DNA of 38,180 nucleotides from Gammaproteobacteria bacterium (GTDB taxonomy: Bacteria > Pseudomonadota > Gammaproteobacteria > DSM-16500): assembly GCA_036266895.1 (NCBI GenBank), contig DATAXC010000022.1:1-38180 (forward strand). The letters are read 5' to 3'. Below, piece after piece: positions 10,112-18,442 of this stretch. Within the stretch, counting starts at the first letter, position 1; the number at the start of each line of letters is the position of its first letter. The position numbers were made by a program, and so were the translations under genes. Below the pieces are notes generated by a model. That model ran no database searches and was not told the DNA's origin. It worked only from the letters and a program-made list of their open reading frames with translations.

Positions 10112-10246
10112 TTATAATAAGTGAATGATTGCTTTAAATATTAAATAAATAACGGCTGCCACTATGCCTAGCAATATTGATTGTAAAAATAATGCAATCA
10201 GTTGTTGCCAAAGATTAAATTCAGGTGGTCTTAAATCAGGCATCAT
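10112..10246 (-). CDS. 44-aa membrane peptide (not in ORF track)
   Basis: MMPDLRPPEFNLWQQLIALFLQSILLGIVAAVIYLIFKAIIHLL; AAGGA upstream. Confidence 0.55.
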   Translation of the reverse strand: MMPDLRPPEFNLWQQLIALFLQSILLGIVAAVIYLIFKAIIHLL

Positions 10247-10550
10247 GATTTTTGTCCTTTTTGTTAGATTTTTTTAGGGCTTCTGGGTTTTCGCATTTCC
10301 CGCATTGACAACCTAGTTGCTCGTATACGTCTTTAGCACTCATAAAAGACCTATATTCATTAGAAGCTTCCACGCCACCATAAGGCAGCCTAAAGCTGAT
10401 CATATTGGAATAATCCTTTTCTGCTTGCTTAAAAATTTCTTTACGACATATCATTTTCATACTCCTCATCAATTTTTTCAATAATTTCTTCAATCTCAGT
10501 AATGGCACGTTGGATTGCATACACATCGACGGCTGAGTCCCAAACACCAT
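10236..10550 (-). CDS. Hypothetical protein with CxCxxC motif (true start probably downstream)
   Basis: GCQCGKC near the C-terminus; collinear with the left operon. Confidence 0.4.
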   Translation of the reverse strand: MVFGTQPSMCMQSNVPLLRLKKLLKKLMRSMKMICRKEIFKQAEKDYSNMISFRLPYGGVEASNEYRSFMSAKDVYEQLGCQCGKCENPEALKKSNKKDKNHDA

Positions 10551-10662
10551 GGGAATCTCGATTCATGCTAAAAAGTTCAGCCGTTCTCCAAAATTCAGAA
10601 CGACGCTTTTTTAAGCTCTCAAGCTTTCCTTCAATAAATACTCTTAGATCACCAGGATTCAT
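10441..10662 (-). CDS. Hypothetical helical protein
   Basis: MNPGDLR start overlaps the upstream stop. Confidence 0.55.
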   Translation of the reverse strand: MNPGDLRVFIEGKLESLKKRRSEFWRTAELFSMNRDSHGVWDSAVDVYAIQRAITEIEEIIEKIDEEYENDMS

Positions 10663-10844
10663 GTTTGCTGTTCCCTTCGGCAAAATGGACATATTTTATC
10701 AAGTCCATTAAACGTTCGCCTAAAGAATTCTGGTAAAAAGCTTTTATTGCATACCCTGCATTCAAAATGTTGCTTAAGGGGGATAGCGCCGCTGTTAACA
10801 GCGCTAAAAGCAGGCCCCTTATTGTTATTAGAATCATTTACCAA
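10659..10844 (-). CDS. Zinc-ribbon protein
   Basis: CRVC...CPFC; AGGAG RBS. Confidence 0.5.
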   Translation of the reverse strand: MVNDSNNNKGPAFSAVNSGAIPLKQHFECRVCNKSFLPEFFRRTFNGLDKICPFCRREQQT

Positions 10845-11031
10845 AGTAAACTCCTAATTGTGACGGATCAAACGTTGGCACTGTAGGAGAGCGCTTTATA
10901 CCATTTTCCACATAATATTGACGGTGTCTTTCCCACGCTTCTTTCATGGAAACTTCATCGGGGATAGGAGGCTTCTGACCAAAAAATTTACATTGCACAT
11001 ACGTCGGTTTTTTCGAATCATCTTCAAACAT
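10834..11031 (-). CDS. Hypothetical protein
   Basis: GGAGG RBS; tightly packed in the operon. Confidence 0.55.
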   Translation of the reverse strand: MFEDDSKKPTYVQCKFFGQKPPIPDEVSMKEAWERHRQYYVENGIKRSPTVPTFDPSQLGVYFGK

Positions 11032-11034
11032 GAT

Positions 11035-11235
11035 TTACCTCCAATATAAATTGATGTTACTTCTAAGCTCATCAGGAAGATATAGGATTAAATCATGAGG
11101 ATGTTGAGGAATAAAGGGTACTTTTACTAAGGCAGGCGAGGGAGGAACCGGTGGAACAAACAAGGTATATCTTACCACAGGTTGAAATACGAATTCTTGT
11201 GGAGCTTTAGGTCTTAATTCTCTCGTCATGATCAC
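11035..11235 (-). CDS. Hypothetical Pro-rich protein
   Basis: Collinear ORF in the left operon. Confidence 0.45.
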   Translation of the reverse strand: MIMTRELRPKAPQEFVFQPVVRYTLFVPPVPPSPALVKVPFIPQHPHDLILYLPDELRSNINLYWR

Positions 11236-11266
11236 TCTTCTCTAAAATATTGATAGAAAGAACAGA

Positions 11267-11497
11267 TTAAATTTCATTTTCATTGGCATAATCTCTAGCC
11301 ATTTCTAGTATTATATTAACTTTCTCAATATTTCCACATTCTATAGCTTCATGAAGCATTCTTAGATGTTTTGAAAATCTGGTTGCATTTTTTATATTGG
11401 CTTCTGGATCAGAAGTGGTAAAAACTTGTAACCACATAGCATCATAACATTGAGCATCAACGATCTCTTGTAAAGCTAATAATATTTCACCACTCAT
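11267..11497 (-). CDS. Hypothetical protein
   Basis: AAGGAG RBS before the MSGE start. Confidence 0.55.
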   Translation of the reverse strand: MSGEILLALQEIVDAQCYDAMWLQVFTTSDPEANIKNATRFSKHLRMLHEAIECGNIEKVNIILEMARDYANENEI

Positions 11498-11507
11498 AAA
11501 ATTCTCC

Positions 11508-11660
11508 TTAAGGTTTCGTAACAATTGTCGGATTTTGTGGGCCAGGATAGGCAGCGTCAGGTTGAGGCGCTGGTATCAAATGGCTCAATGGACGAGTTTT
11601 CTCTAATGGTATGCTTAAAGGCTTAGGCTTTTTAAAAAAACAACATAATGAAGATTTCAT
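11508..11660 (-). CDS. 50-aa Pro-rich peptide (not in ORF track)
   Basis: MKSSLCCFFKKPKPLSIPLEKTRPLSHLIPAPQPDAAYPGPQNPTIVTKP; AAGGA RBS; fills the gap between neighbours. Confidence 0.5.
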   Translation of the reverse strand: MKSSLCCFFKKPKPLSIPLEKTRPLSHLIPAPQPDAAYPGPQNPTIVTKP

Positions 11661-11678
11661 GAATTTTTCCTTCAGATA

Positions 11679-12206
11679 TCAATGTTTAACTTCATGGCTA
11701 GATAAACCTGCAGCCGCTTTTAACTTCTCTATTTCTTCCAGATCGCTTTCATTCCCAAGTCGAGTTCCAACTTTAAAACATTCGGTATTTACACTTTTGC
11801 CATCCTTAACAACTAAAAAATTCATCTGGCAAATAATAGCCGTTTTATCTTCATAAGGATCGAGCGCTTTGTATTCGGCTAGCACTTTTAACACCTCTTT
11901 CTCTATTTTTGTGTAATCCAGACGACCTGAACAATCAGGGTTACCGTGTGAGCATGATTTTCTAAGTTCTTTCTGTCCCTGAACCAACATATCCTTAAGT
12001 TTAGCCATATCAATCTCTTCTGATGCTACTTGCAATAATAAAGGATTAGGTGATCCACCATCCCAATTTACGCGAACATATAGCTTGACCATTTGATCTT
12101 CCATGCTCATTATTTTTTTATCGTCCTCGTTAGTCGTGGCTTCAATTATTTCTACGACAATTTGGTTAAATCGGTCTAATAATTCCTGACTCATTTCAGT
12201 TTGCAT
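11679..12206 (-). CDS. Hypothetical protein
   Basis: 175-aa ORF with GAGGA RBS. Confidence 0.7.
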   Translation of the reverse strand: MQTEMSQELLDRFNQIVVEIIEATTNEDDKKIMSMEDQMVKLYVRVNWDGGSPNPLLLQVASEEIDMAKLKDMLVQGQKELRKSCSHGNPDCSGRLDYTKIEKEVLKVLAEYKALDPYEDKTAIICQMNFLVVKDGKSVNTECFKVGTRLGNESDLEEIEKLKAAAGLSSHEVKH

Positions 12207-12213
12207 AAATTCC

Positions 12214-12357
12214 TCATTTATCTCTAAGATATAAAGCTGACGCTAAATATGAAAATGATATAATTAACAGTATTTGCTGAGTAAGGCTATACCCGCAATG
12301 CGCAGATATTATTTGGGTAGCCCCACCAACCATTCCACCAAAAATATAAGCCCCCAT
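12214..12357 (-). CDS. 47-aa membrane peptide (not in ORF track)
   Basis: MGAYIFGGMVGGATQIISAHCGYSLTQQILLIISFSYLASALYLRDK; TAATG coupling to the upstream gene. Confidence 0.5.
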   Translation of the reverse strand: MGAYIFGGMVGGATQIISAHCGYSLTQQILLIISFSYLASALYLRDK

Positions 12358-12614
12358 TACTTATTCTCCCTTTCGTCATACTCACTTGTGCTTTTTACCA
12401 GCTCATGCGATTCTATCCATCGCATCACATCCTCTTTTTTGTATAAAACCCGTGCGCCACATTTACGGTAGGGAATTCCGCCTCCGCGCCAACGGTCATT
12501 TTGCAAAGTTGACACGGAAACACAACGAATGAGGGCTATAGTTTTTTCGTTGAATAAAGCTGATGGAGGTGCTTCGTAAAATTCTATGATAAGTTGTGTT
12601 TTATTCGTAATCAT
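12357..12614 (-). CDS. Excisionase-like (MerR/HTH_17 type) DNA-binding protein
   Basis: VSVSTLQNDRWRGGGIPYRKCGARVLYKKEDVMRWI winged-HTH motif. Confidence 0.8.
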   Translation of the reverse strand: MITNKTQLIIEFYEAPPSALFNEKTIALIRCVSVSTLQNDRWRGGGIPYRKCGARVLYKKEDVMRWIESHELVKSTSEYDERENK

Positions 12615-12825
12615 GATATTTATCTCTCAATTCGTTAAATTCCCTTACGAGCTTTGACAATACATCTATCAGCTCTCTGTGAGTTTTTATCATTTGCTTT
12701 GATGCTTTTGCTATTTCGTGGGCGGATGCATTCTCTCCTTCAAGAAGACCAAGCGCCTGCGCGTCAAACCCTAACGTTCCAATCTTATTTGTAATAGATA
12801 AGTAATGATCGACGCCGGATGACAT
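12601..12825 (-). CDS. Hypothetical protein
   Basis: GGAG RBS; helical. Confidence 0.55.
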   Translation of the reverse strand: MSSGVDHYLSITNKIGTLGFDAQALGLLEGENASAHEIAKASKQMIKTHRELIDVLSKLVREFNELRDKYHDYE

Positions 12826-13029
12826 TTAATTCTCCAAAACCTGATCTGACGGAGGATATAATATTTTAAAGTCTATATCATCAGATAAAACAGGACTTTC
12901 TTTACAGCGATGGCAGAAATAATAAATGAACCAGAAATCACAAAGTTCAGAGTATTGCAAAATTACATTCTTTGTTTTAATTGGCGTTGCGCAACATGGA
13001 CAAACTCTATTTTTGACGGTTAACCCCAT
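12826..13029 (-). CDS. Zinc-ribbon protein
   Basis: CPCC...CHRC. Confidence 0.55.
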   Translation of the reverse strand: MGLTVKNRVCPCCATPIKTKNVILQYSELCDFWFIYYFCHRCKESPVLSDDIDFKILYPPSDQVLEN

Positions 13030-13056
13030 AAAACCCTCTGTTTATCTATCTCAACG

Positions 13057-13088
13057 CTATTTCCAGTATTCTTTTTTACTGGAAATAG
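13057..13088. repeat. Perfect 12-bp intergenic inverted repeat
   Basis: CTATTTCCAGTA-N8-TACTGGAAATAG. Confidence 0.75.
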
Positions 13089-13095
13089 TAATTAA

Positions 13096-13305
13096 TTATT
13101 TATGCTTTTTGTTCAATAATTTTTTATAAGCCCTTTCTACGACGCAACAAACCCCTATCTCCCCTAATTCTTTAGTTTTTAGAAGTTTAATAGTGAAATC
13201 TTCAGCGCGAGCTTGGTGACAACCTGAACAGCATATTGCATGTAGCTCAAATATTTTTAATATTTTCTTGCAATTGCTTTGTAGAATTGCCTTTGACTTT
13301 GCCAT
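13096..13305 (-). CDS. Cys-rich hypothetical protein
   Basis: CCSGCH and VCC motifs. Confidence 0.55.
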   Translation of the reverse strand: MAKSKAILQSNCKKILKIFELHAICCSGCHQARAEDFTIKLLKTKELGEIGVCCVVERAYKKLLNKKHK

Positions 13306-13306
13306 A

Positions 13307-13528
13307 TTATCTCTTTTCATCCACATAATGATTAACTTTTGTTATAACTGTCTCAAGATGATCCATATATATTTTACAGCCCCTATACTTGAAATTAATA
13401 TCTCCTATATCTGATTGTTCAGAAACAATCATAGTAGTAATGGATTCCTCCAAAATATTTATTTGCTGCTTAAGCATTTCGGTTGATCCTAAAACAGCAC
13501 TTAACCATAACCTCATATCTTCATTCAT
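13307..13528 (-). CDS. Hypothetical protein
   Basis: AAGGAG RBS. Confidence 0.55.
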   Translation of the reverse strand: MNEDMRLWLSAVLGSTEMLKQQINILEESITTMIVSEQSDIGDINFKYRGCKIYMDHLETVITKVNHYVDEKR

Positions 13529-13539
13529 CCGTTAACTCC

Positions 13540-13758
13540 TTACATTACAAATTCAGGTAAATCATTCGCAAATTCTTCGCCGGCATGGTTTTTACAAGTT
13601 TTATTAGAGCAATATAGCCAATAATCACTTTTACAATAAGGTAAAATATCAGCCATTCCATCATTACAACAAGCAAAAACAATTGGCAATCCGCAATCTT
13701 GGCAAAAATGATTTCCAGGAATTGAAGCTGTATTGTTAGGTTTTGGTTGCATGGCTCA
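13540..13758 (-). CDS. Cys/His-rich zinc-binding protein
   Basis: CQDC...CCND...YCSNKTCKNH; GGAGG RBS. Confidence 0.6.
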
Positions 13759-13770
13759 TAGCCCCTCCAT

Positions 13771-13802
13771 TTATGGCCGATAATGGCGATTATCGGCCAT
13801 AA
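13771..13802. repeat. Perfect 14-bp hairpin
   Basis: TTATGGCCGATAAT-GGCG-ATTATCGGCCATAA. Confidence 0.8.
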
Positions 13803-13857
13803 TCGGCCCTGTTAAGTGATTTATCTTTTAATCAGATTTACAGGAAATTAGAGTTAA

Positions 13858-13935
13858 TTATTTCTTTAGCCGGTCTACTTCATCTCGCAAATATAGGATA
13901 TAAGCTATAAGAAGTGCCCACAGTATAGTCATCAT
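13858..13935 (-). CDS. 25-aa membrane peptide (not in ORF track)
   Basis: MMTILWALLIAYILYLRDEVDRLKK; GGAG RBS. Confidence 0.4.
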   Translation of the reverse strand: MMTILWALLIAYILYLRDEVDRLKK

Positions 13936-13952
13936 AATATGCTCCAATTGTG

Positions 13953-14186
13953 TTAAAAGTATTTAAACCTCAATCCATGCGATGCAGCTCTGCTGCCAGC
14001 GATTACTTTTATCGTATTCTTACTATTCTCAAAGCGACACTGACATGGCGCAAATTCTGGATCAGCACAGGTAATCACCATGCCATCCCATTCATGGCAT
14101 GAATGCCGGGAGAAATTAATTATTCTTCGCGCTTGACGGCATCTAGTGCGCCGCGTATTTCTTCTTTTTCCGGAATTTTCTTTCAT
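13953..14186 (-). CDS. Cys/His-containing phage protein
   Basis: HSCHEWD...EFAPCQC. Confidence 0.55.
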   Translation of the reverse strand: MKENSGKRRNTRRTRCRQARRIINFSRHSCHEWDGMVITCADPEFAPCQCRFENSKNTIKVIAGSRAASHGLRFKYF

Positions 14187-14410
14187 GTCCCCTGCTTATA
14201 CTTTTTCATGCGCCTAGATTGCGCAGTACGTCGGTTATCCCTTTTCACTTTAAAAAATACATTCTTTCCTTCAACAGTAAATTTATATTCATGAACGAGA
14301 CCGCAATCACAGCATCGATTGAAATACCTCTTCATTTCAGGACGAACCCACGACGTAAAGCCTGTCTTATCCACGGTTTCGCTTAATTGTGCGTATTTAA
14401 TTCTTCTCAT
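14183..14410 (-). CDS. Phage protein with CCDCGLVH motif
   Basis: WVRP...CCDCGLVH...RDNRRTAQSRR; ATGA overlaps. Confidence 0.65.
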   Translation of the reverse strand: MRRIKYAQLSETVDKTGFTSWVRPEMKRYFNRCCDCGLVHEYKFTVEGKNVFFKVKRDNRRTAQSRRMKKYKQGT

Positions 14411-14634
14411 TTCTCATTACTCAATATGACTATTTCTTTCTCAAGCCTTAAAATTATTGCTTCTCTATCTTCAACAGATTGACGAAGCTCTTCATTTTCT
14501 TTGAGCGCTTTTTCAAGCCGCCTCATTGTTGTATTTGCCAGAATCTCAATTCTGTCTCTTTCTGTTTCGAGGTCTTCAAAGCGTTCGCCAATAATTAGCA
14601 ATAATGTGTCAGTGCCCATTTCCATCATAATCAA
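14407..14634 (-). CDS. Coiled-coil protein
   Basis: Heptad pattern; coupled to neighbours. Confidence 0.55.
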   Translation of the reverse strand: MIMMEMGTDTLLLIIGERFEDLETERDRIEILANTTMRRLEKALKENEELRQSVEDREAIILRLEKEIVILSNEK

Positions 14635-14990
14635 TGCACACTCTCTAAATTTTTAAGAAGTTCGGTAAGGTTGTGCATAAAAATAACTCTGGCTTCATCT
14701 TCCGATATGTTATACGCAGGTACAGCGCTTTTTATGTGATAAGCAGCTAAGAAAACTACCGCATTTTCGCAAATATCGCCTCTTGATAATCCTTCTGCTT
14801 TGATATTAATGGCATCATCATCAAGCAAACCATTAATATACTCGGCAATCTTTTTGGCTAATTGCTCTCCTTTTTTTATGGTTAACTCTTTCTGTTCTTC
14901 GGAAAGTTTGCACTTTTCATCCCACTTTTTCTTTAGATCAATACTCATTGTTGTGCCTGCAGATCGATATTTGATTGACATTGATGGCAT
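14631..14990 (-). CDS. Hypothetical protein
   Basis: Collinear ORF; true start may be MSIDLK. Confidence 0.55.
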   Translation of the reverse strand: MPSMSIKYRSAGTTMSIDLKKKWDEKCKLSEEQKELTIKKGEQLAKKIAEYINGLLDDDAINIKAEGLSRGDICENAVVFLAAYHIKSAVPAYNISEDEARVIFMHNLTELLKNLESVH

Positions 14991-15250
14991 CGATATATCT
15001 TATTGTGTGGGTTACCGACAATTATGGCCCCTCCTTCACATTTTCTGGCGCAGATATGGCATTCAGGACGTTCTAGTACGTGTAATCTTATATTGGAAGC
15101 GGATGCTAGATGCTCTAATCCCGTTATTCTAAAACTCAAACTATTATATGATTCAATCATATAAATAAGCCATTTGCGTAGCACAATTAAAGAAAAACAA
15201 ATTATAAGTATAGTTAAACCGTTACAAATTATCGCGATACTTTCAATCAT
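14945..15250 (-). CDS. Membrane-anchored zinc-ribbon protein
   Basis: N-terminal TM segment, CHIC...CHQC; AGGAG RBS. Confidence 0.6.
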   Translation of the reverse strand: MIESIAIICNGLTILIICFSLIVLRKWLIYMIESYNSLSFRITGLEHLASASNIRLHVLERPECHICARKCEGGAIIVGNPHNKIYRCHQCQSNIDLQAQQ

Positions 15251-15318
15251 TGAGTCTCTCTCCTACTAGATTCGACAAAAACTTTTTAAAGCGTCCATCA
15301 AAATTTTTTTACTCTTCC

Positions 15319-15519
15319 TTAGGCATATATTTCTTCATCAACTAAGTTACATTCAGCAAAAATTATATCGAGCTGCTTCTCAATGACGCGCCACTTATCA
15401 AGGACAGTCTGATGTGCCGTTGTTGAGGGAGAATAATCACAAATACCTCGAGCACTCCCATAATTCACTATAGCCCATTGCAACTCTTGTCTCATTAAAG
15501 AAGTTAAATGATTTCTCAT
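15319..15519 (-). CDS. Hypothetical protein
   Basis: Collinear ORF. Confidence 0.5.
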   Translation of the reverse strand: MRNHLTSLMRQELQWAIVNYGSARGICDYSPSTTAHQTVLDKWRVIEKQLDIIFAECNLVDEEIYA

Positions 15520-15522
15520 AAA

Positions 15523-15783
15523 TTACCTTAACTTCTCAAGTGCTTTTTTCTTATCCTTCTTAGCCATTTCACGCTGTTCTAAAAAATCAATCACTGTTAC
15601 TGCACCAGTTTTTGCAGTGTAATTCAATTCAGCGTTAATGGTTTGTGTGATTGAATCCGATACGCGAGATACTGCATTGGCGGTATCAACATCGACTTTA
15701 CCGCTCAATAAGCCATCTAATGTCTCGCCGAGACTTTCACGCAATTGATTAAAGTTACTAATATTACTAGCTGATCGTGCCAT
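15523..15783 (-). CDS. Helical phage protein of unknown function
   Basis: LRESLGETLDGLLSGKVDVDTANAVSRVSDSI pattern; AGGAG RBS. Confidence 0.65.
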   Translation of the reverse strand: MARSASNISNFNQLRESLGETLDGLLSGKVDVDTANAVSRVSDSITQTINAELNYTAKTGAVTVIDFLEQREMAKKDKKKALEKLR

Positions 15784-15797
15784 AAAAATATCTCCTG

Positions 15798-16331
15798 TTA
15801 AGTTCTAAGGTATTGATAAATGCGGGAAGGTGTAACATTATATTTCTTAGCGAGTTCTACAACAGTTGCCTGTTTTGACTTATATGCGGCTCGTACTTCT
15901 TTGCGGATATTATCTTTTACATTGCGTGACCCTTTCATTTTTTTTCTGCTTTTACCCAATAGATTAACTATCGCATAAACATTTGCGCGAGTAGTGTGAA
16001 ACATTTTTGCTATTTCTTTGGTCGACGCTTCACGTTTGACATACATGTCAGCTATTTTTTCACGTTCTTCAGGTGTGAGTCGCTGGCGTTTACTGGAAAG
16101 TGATGTAATAGCCTTATCTAGCTTTTGTTGTGATTCCTTTACATTATCATAGGCATCAAATGGTAAGTCTTTGCGTGATATACGGCTAATGATGAGCATG
16201 TCGCCATTACTTAATACTTGCTTAGTATTGACGTTTGCAACATCAGGAATCTTAACACAGGGATAAGCAACCCCATCGTATACGATCATCATTTGGCTTG
16301 GGTCTAGTGTCGTCATGTTATAAGTCCTCAT
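15798..16331 (-). CDS. Protein with two C-terminal HTH motifs
   Basis: STKEIAKMFHTTRANVYAIV and TVVELAKKYNVTPSRIYQYL. Confidence 0.75.
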   Translation of the reverse strand: MRTYNMTTLDPSQMMIVYDGVAYPCVKIPDVANVNTKQVLSNGDMLIISRISRKDLPFDAYDNVKESQQKLDKAITSLSSKRQRLTPEEREKIADMYVKREASTKEIAKMFHTTRANVYAIVNLLGKSRKKMKGSRNVKDNIRKEVRAAYKSKQATVVELAKKYNVTPSRIYQYLRT

Positions 16332-16346
16332 TTAATATAGTGTTAA

Positions 16347-16547
16347 TTAAGCGGCTGCCGCCATCGTTATTTTGATTGAAATCAAAAAATCTATGATTCC
16401 GTCGATTTGTTTTTGTTCTAATTCGCTTATAAGAATATTTTCTCCGTAAATAGTCGTGTAATAAGTTCCCTGCTTGTTTTCGATCAGGGCTTTCATTTTT
16501 CCATTCTGGCTGTCAATATTGAATCTTCTTTCGGTTCTAATAGGCAC
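16347..16547 (-). CDS. Hypothetical protein
   Basis: AAGGAG RBS, GTG start. Confidence 0.55.
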   Translation of the reverse strand: MPIRTERRFNIDSQNGKMKALIENKQGTYYTTIYGENILISELEQKQIDGIIDFLISIKITMAAAA

Positions 16548-16561
16548 ATGATTCTCCTTAA

Positions 16562-16585
16562 GCCCGATAATTACATTTATCGGGC
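16562..16585. terminator. Intergenic hairpin, possible terminator or processing site
   Basis: GCCCGATAA-N6-TTATCGGGC; no strong U-tract. Confidence 0.45.
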
Positions 16586-16605
16586 GTTTCCTTGTGATTG
16601 ATTAA

Positions 16606-16857
16606 TTACTCTTTCACCTTTGATTTTCTAGATGATAAGGTATAGCGATAAACAGTTGCCGGTGTTACCCCGAACTTTTCTGCTATTTCTTTAACCTTAA
16701 GTTTGCCTCGTTCGTAAATCTTAACTAACTGCTCAGCTTTCGCAGGCGATAATTTTGCAGTACGGCCCTTTTCGCGTGCTTTGGAAGCTTTGAGTGCTGA
16801 TTTTGGCTTCGTCACTTTAGACTTTTCCTTAACTAAAACTTTTTTACCTCTAGACAT
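16606..16857 (-). CDS. Lys-rich protein with resolvase-type HTH
   Basis: KVKEIAEKFGVTPATVYRY. Confidence 0.75.
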   Translation of the reverse strand: MSRGKKVLVKEKSKVTKPKSALKASKAREKGRTAKLSPAKAEQLVKIYERGKLKVKEIAEKFGVTPATVYRYTLSSRKSKVKE

Positions 16858-16868
16858 ACATTTCCCCT

Positions 16869-17306
16869 TTAGTGATTAAGAAGTTCAAATAAATCATCGA
16901 ATTTCTTTGTGCAAGCAAATTGTTGACCGCTTCGTGTAATAACGCCTACACCGCGTCTATCATACTCAATAAGACCCACTATTTGGCTTTTTCTTATAAG
17001 TACTAATGCGCATGGGTTATCCTTATCGGAACCCGTAACCTCTACAAACGCATCTTCTCCATAATATTTTTTAAATGATTCAATAATTTCATCACAGGTA
17101 TCAGGTTTGATTTTTAATCCAAAGGTGTCATTAGCCATCATTCCCAGTGGGCCCATTGATCTAAAAGTATGCAAACAATGAAGTTTAAGCTGTTTTTTAT
17201 CGTGACGAATAGTAATAATGTTTAGTGATTTTTTATGAACTAAGCATCGATCATCGTCTTCATCCTTCCAAGTGAAATAGTTTTCATGAAAAGTAAAAAT
17301 TGACAT
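16869..17306 (-). CDS. Hypothetical protein, possibly tandem FlbD/SwrD-like beta domains
   Basis: LVHKKSLNII and VLIRKSQIVGLI...VITRSG...CTKKFDDLFELL. Confidence 0.5.
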   Translation of the reverse strand: MSIFTFHENYFTWKDEDDDRCLVHKKSLNIITIRHDKKQLKLHCLHTFRSMGPLGMMANDTFGLKIKPDTCDEIIESFKKYYGEDAFVEVTGSDKDNPCALVLIRKSQIVGLIEYDRRGVGVITRSGQQFACTKKFDDLFELLNH

Positions 17307-17364
17307 AAAATCTCCTTTAAGTTAATTGAGTAAAATTGTAAAGATTATATTTATTATTATCTTA

Positions 17365-17589
17365 TTATGCGGGTGTCATCACCTCCTTTCGGACTCGGCG
17401 GTTTTTATTATTAAGTTCAAAATCGAGCCCATAAATTTTTCCGTACTTTTGAACAGTTTGCCTATCAATACCCAATAAATCAGCGGTACGGTATGACGAG
17501 TGTCCTCCTTTGAATTTTGCCGCCAGACATTCTTTAAGGCTTACTTTATTATTAAACTCGAATCTTTTCTCAAACGGCGTCAGCATCAC
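17365..17589 (-). CDS. Small HTH protein
   Basis: SSYRTADLLGIDRQTVQKYGKIYGL. Confidence 0.65.
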   Translation of the reverse strand: MMLTPFEKRFEFNNKVSLKECLAAKFKGGHSSYRTADLLGIDRQTVQKYGKIYGLDFELNNKNRRVRKEVMTPA

Positions 17590-18442
17590 CTAACCCCTTT
17601 TGAAAATCACTGACTGATTGCAAAGACCCATATTTTGCGGGATCTATCTTTTTTAATTCTTTGGGTGCGTTTAGTTTTGCCTCGAGACTTGCTGTCTTTG
17701 CATTGTTTGCGCTCTCATTGTCTTCAACGAAAGCCTTTTCGATTGTCATAGTTCCGTCTTTGATTGCGGTACCAATACCGATCATTTCTGTTACATCATC
17801 GAGACTAAGATCAGCGGCATTAGATTTACCAAAGTAGGTTAGAATCTTCTCTTCTTCGATACCGTGATGTTTAAAGCGATCGAAACATTTACGTATCTTT
17901 TCGCTTAAACGTTTTTGATCACCTATTGCTGCCTTGGTAGCTGCGTCATAAACGATATCGACCAAAGATTTAGGGATTACCTTATATATAGCGTTACGCA
18001 GCGCTATGGCTGACGCAGCATTTCCTGTGACGACTTGCATATCAGCGCTAAAGGTTCCGAACTTACCGGAGATGCTGCGTTGTACTTGCATAGCGATACG
18101 AACGTTCTTTTCTAAATCCCAGGCCGCACCCTCTGCTGTAATGATTTTGCCGTCATTGCTGACAATACGAGTTGCTGCACGAATATTTCCCCAGCAGCTC
18201 ATCATGATCTCAGCTAAGCGCACGCTAGGGCCTGTGATAATTTGTTGCTTACCTTGTTTGTCTTTACCGCGTGGCAATGAATAAATACAAGATTCTGCGA
18301 TCTCTTCATTGGCGGTTGCAAACACCTTGGCTTCTTCTAAACAGCGCATCATATCGCGCGGGTAAGCTTTGGCCGTTGTTATTTGAATGTCTAATTCTGC
18401 TTTGACATTTCCGTCGTCTCTTTCCATGATTTCATTACCCAC
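17570..18442 (-). CDS. Putative single-strand annealing/recombination protein partnering the exonuclease
   Basis: ELDIQITTAKAYPRD...YSLPRG...GPSVRLAE...WGN...AWDLEKN; coupled to the exonuclease gene; GGAGG then GTG at 18442. Confidence 0.55.
   Translation of the reverse strand: MGNEIMERDDGNVKAELDIQITTAKAYPRDMMRCLEEAKVFATANEEIAESCIYSLPRGKDKQGKQQIITGPSVRLAEIMMSCWGNIRAATRIVSNDGKIITAEGAAWDLEKNVRIAMQVQRSISGKFGTFSADMQVVTGNAASAIALRNAIYKVIPKSLVDIVYDAATKAAIGDQKRLSEKIRKCFDRFKHHGIEEEKILTYFGKSNAADLSLDDVTEMIGIGTAIKDGTMTIEKAFVEDNESANNAKTASLEAKLNAPKELKKIDPAKYGSLQSVSDFQKGLGDADAV

Noticed and set aside
10755-10822. Nested palindrome (AAGGGG...GCTGTTAACAGC...CCCCTT) considered as a tRNA or ncRNA
   Set aside because: No D/T-loop consensus or cloverleaf, and it lies within a coding ORF
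13029-13044. Additional type-1 operator (minus strand TAAACAGAGGGTTTT)
   Set aside because: Two mismatches in one half-site, a level expected by chance in AT-rich DNA
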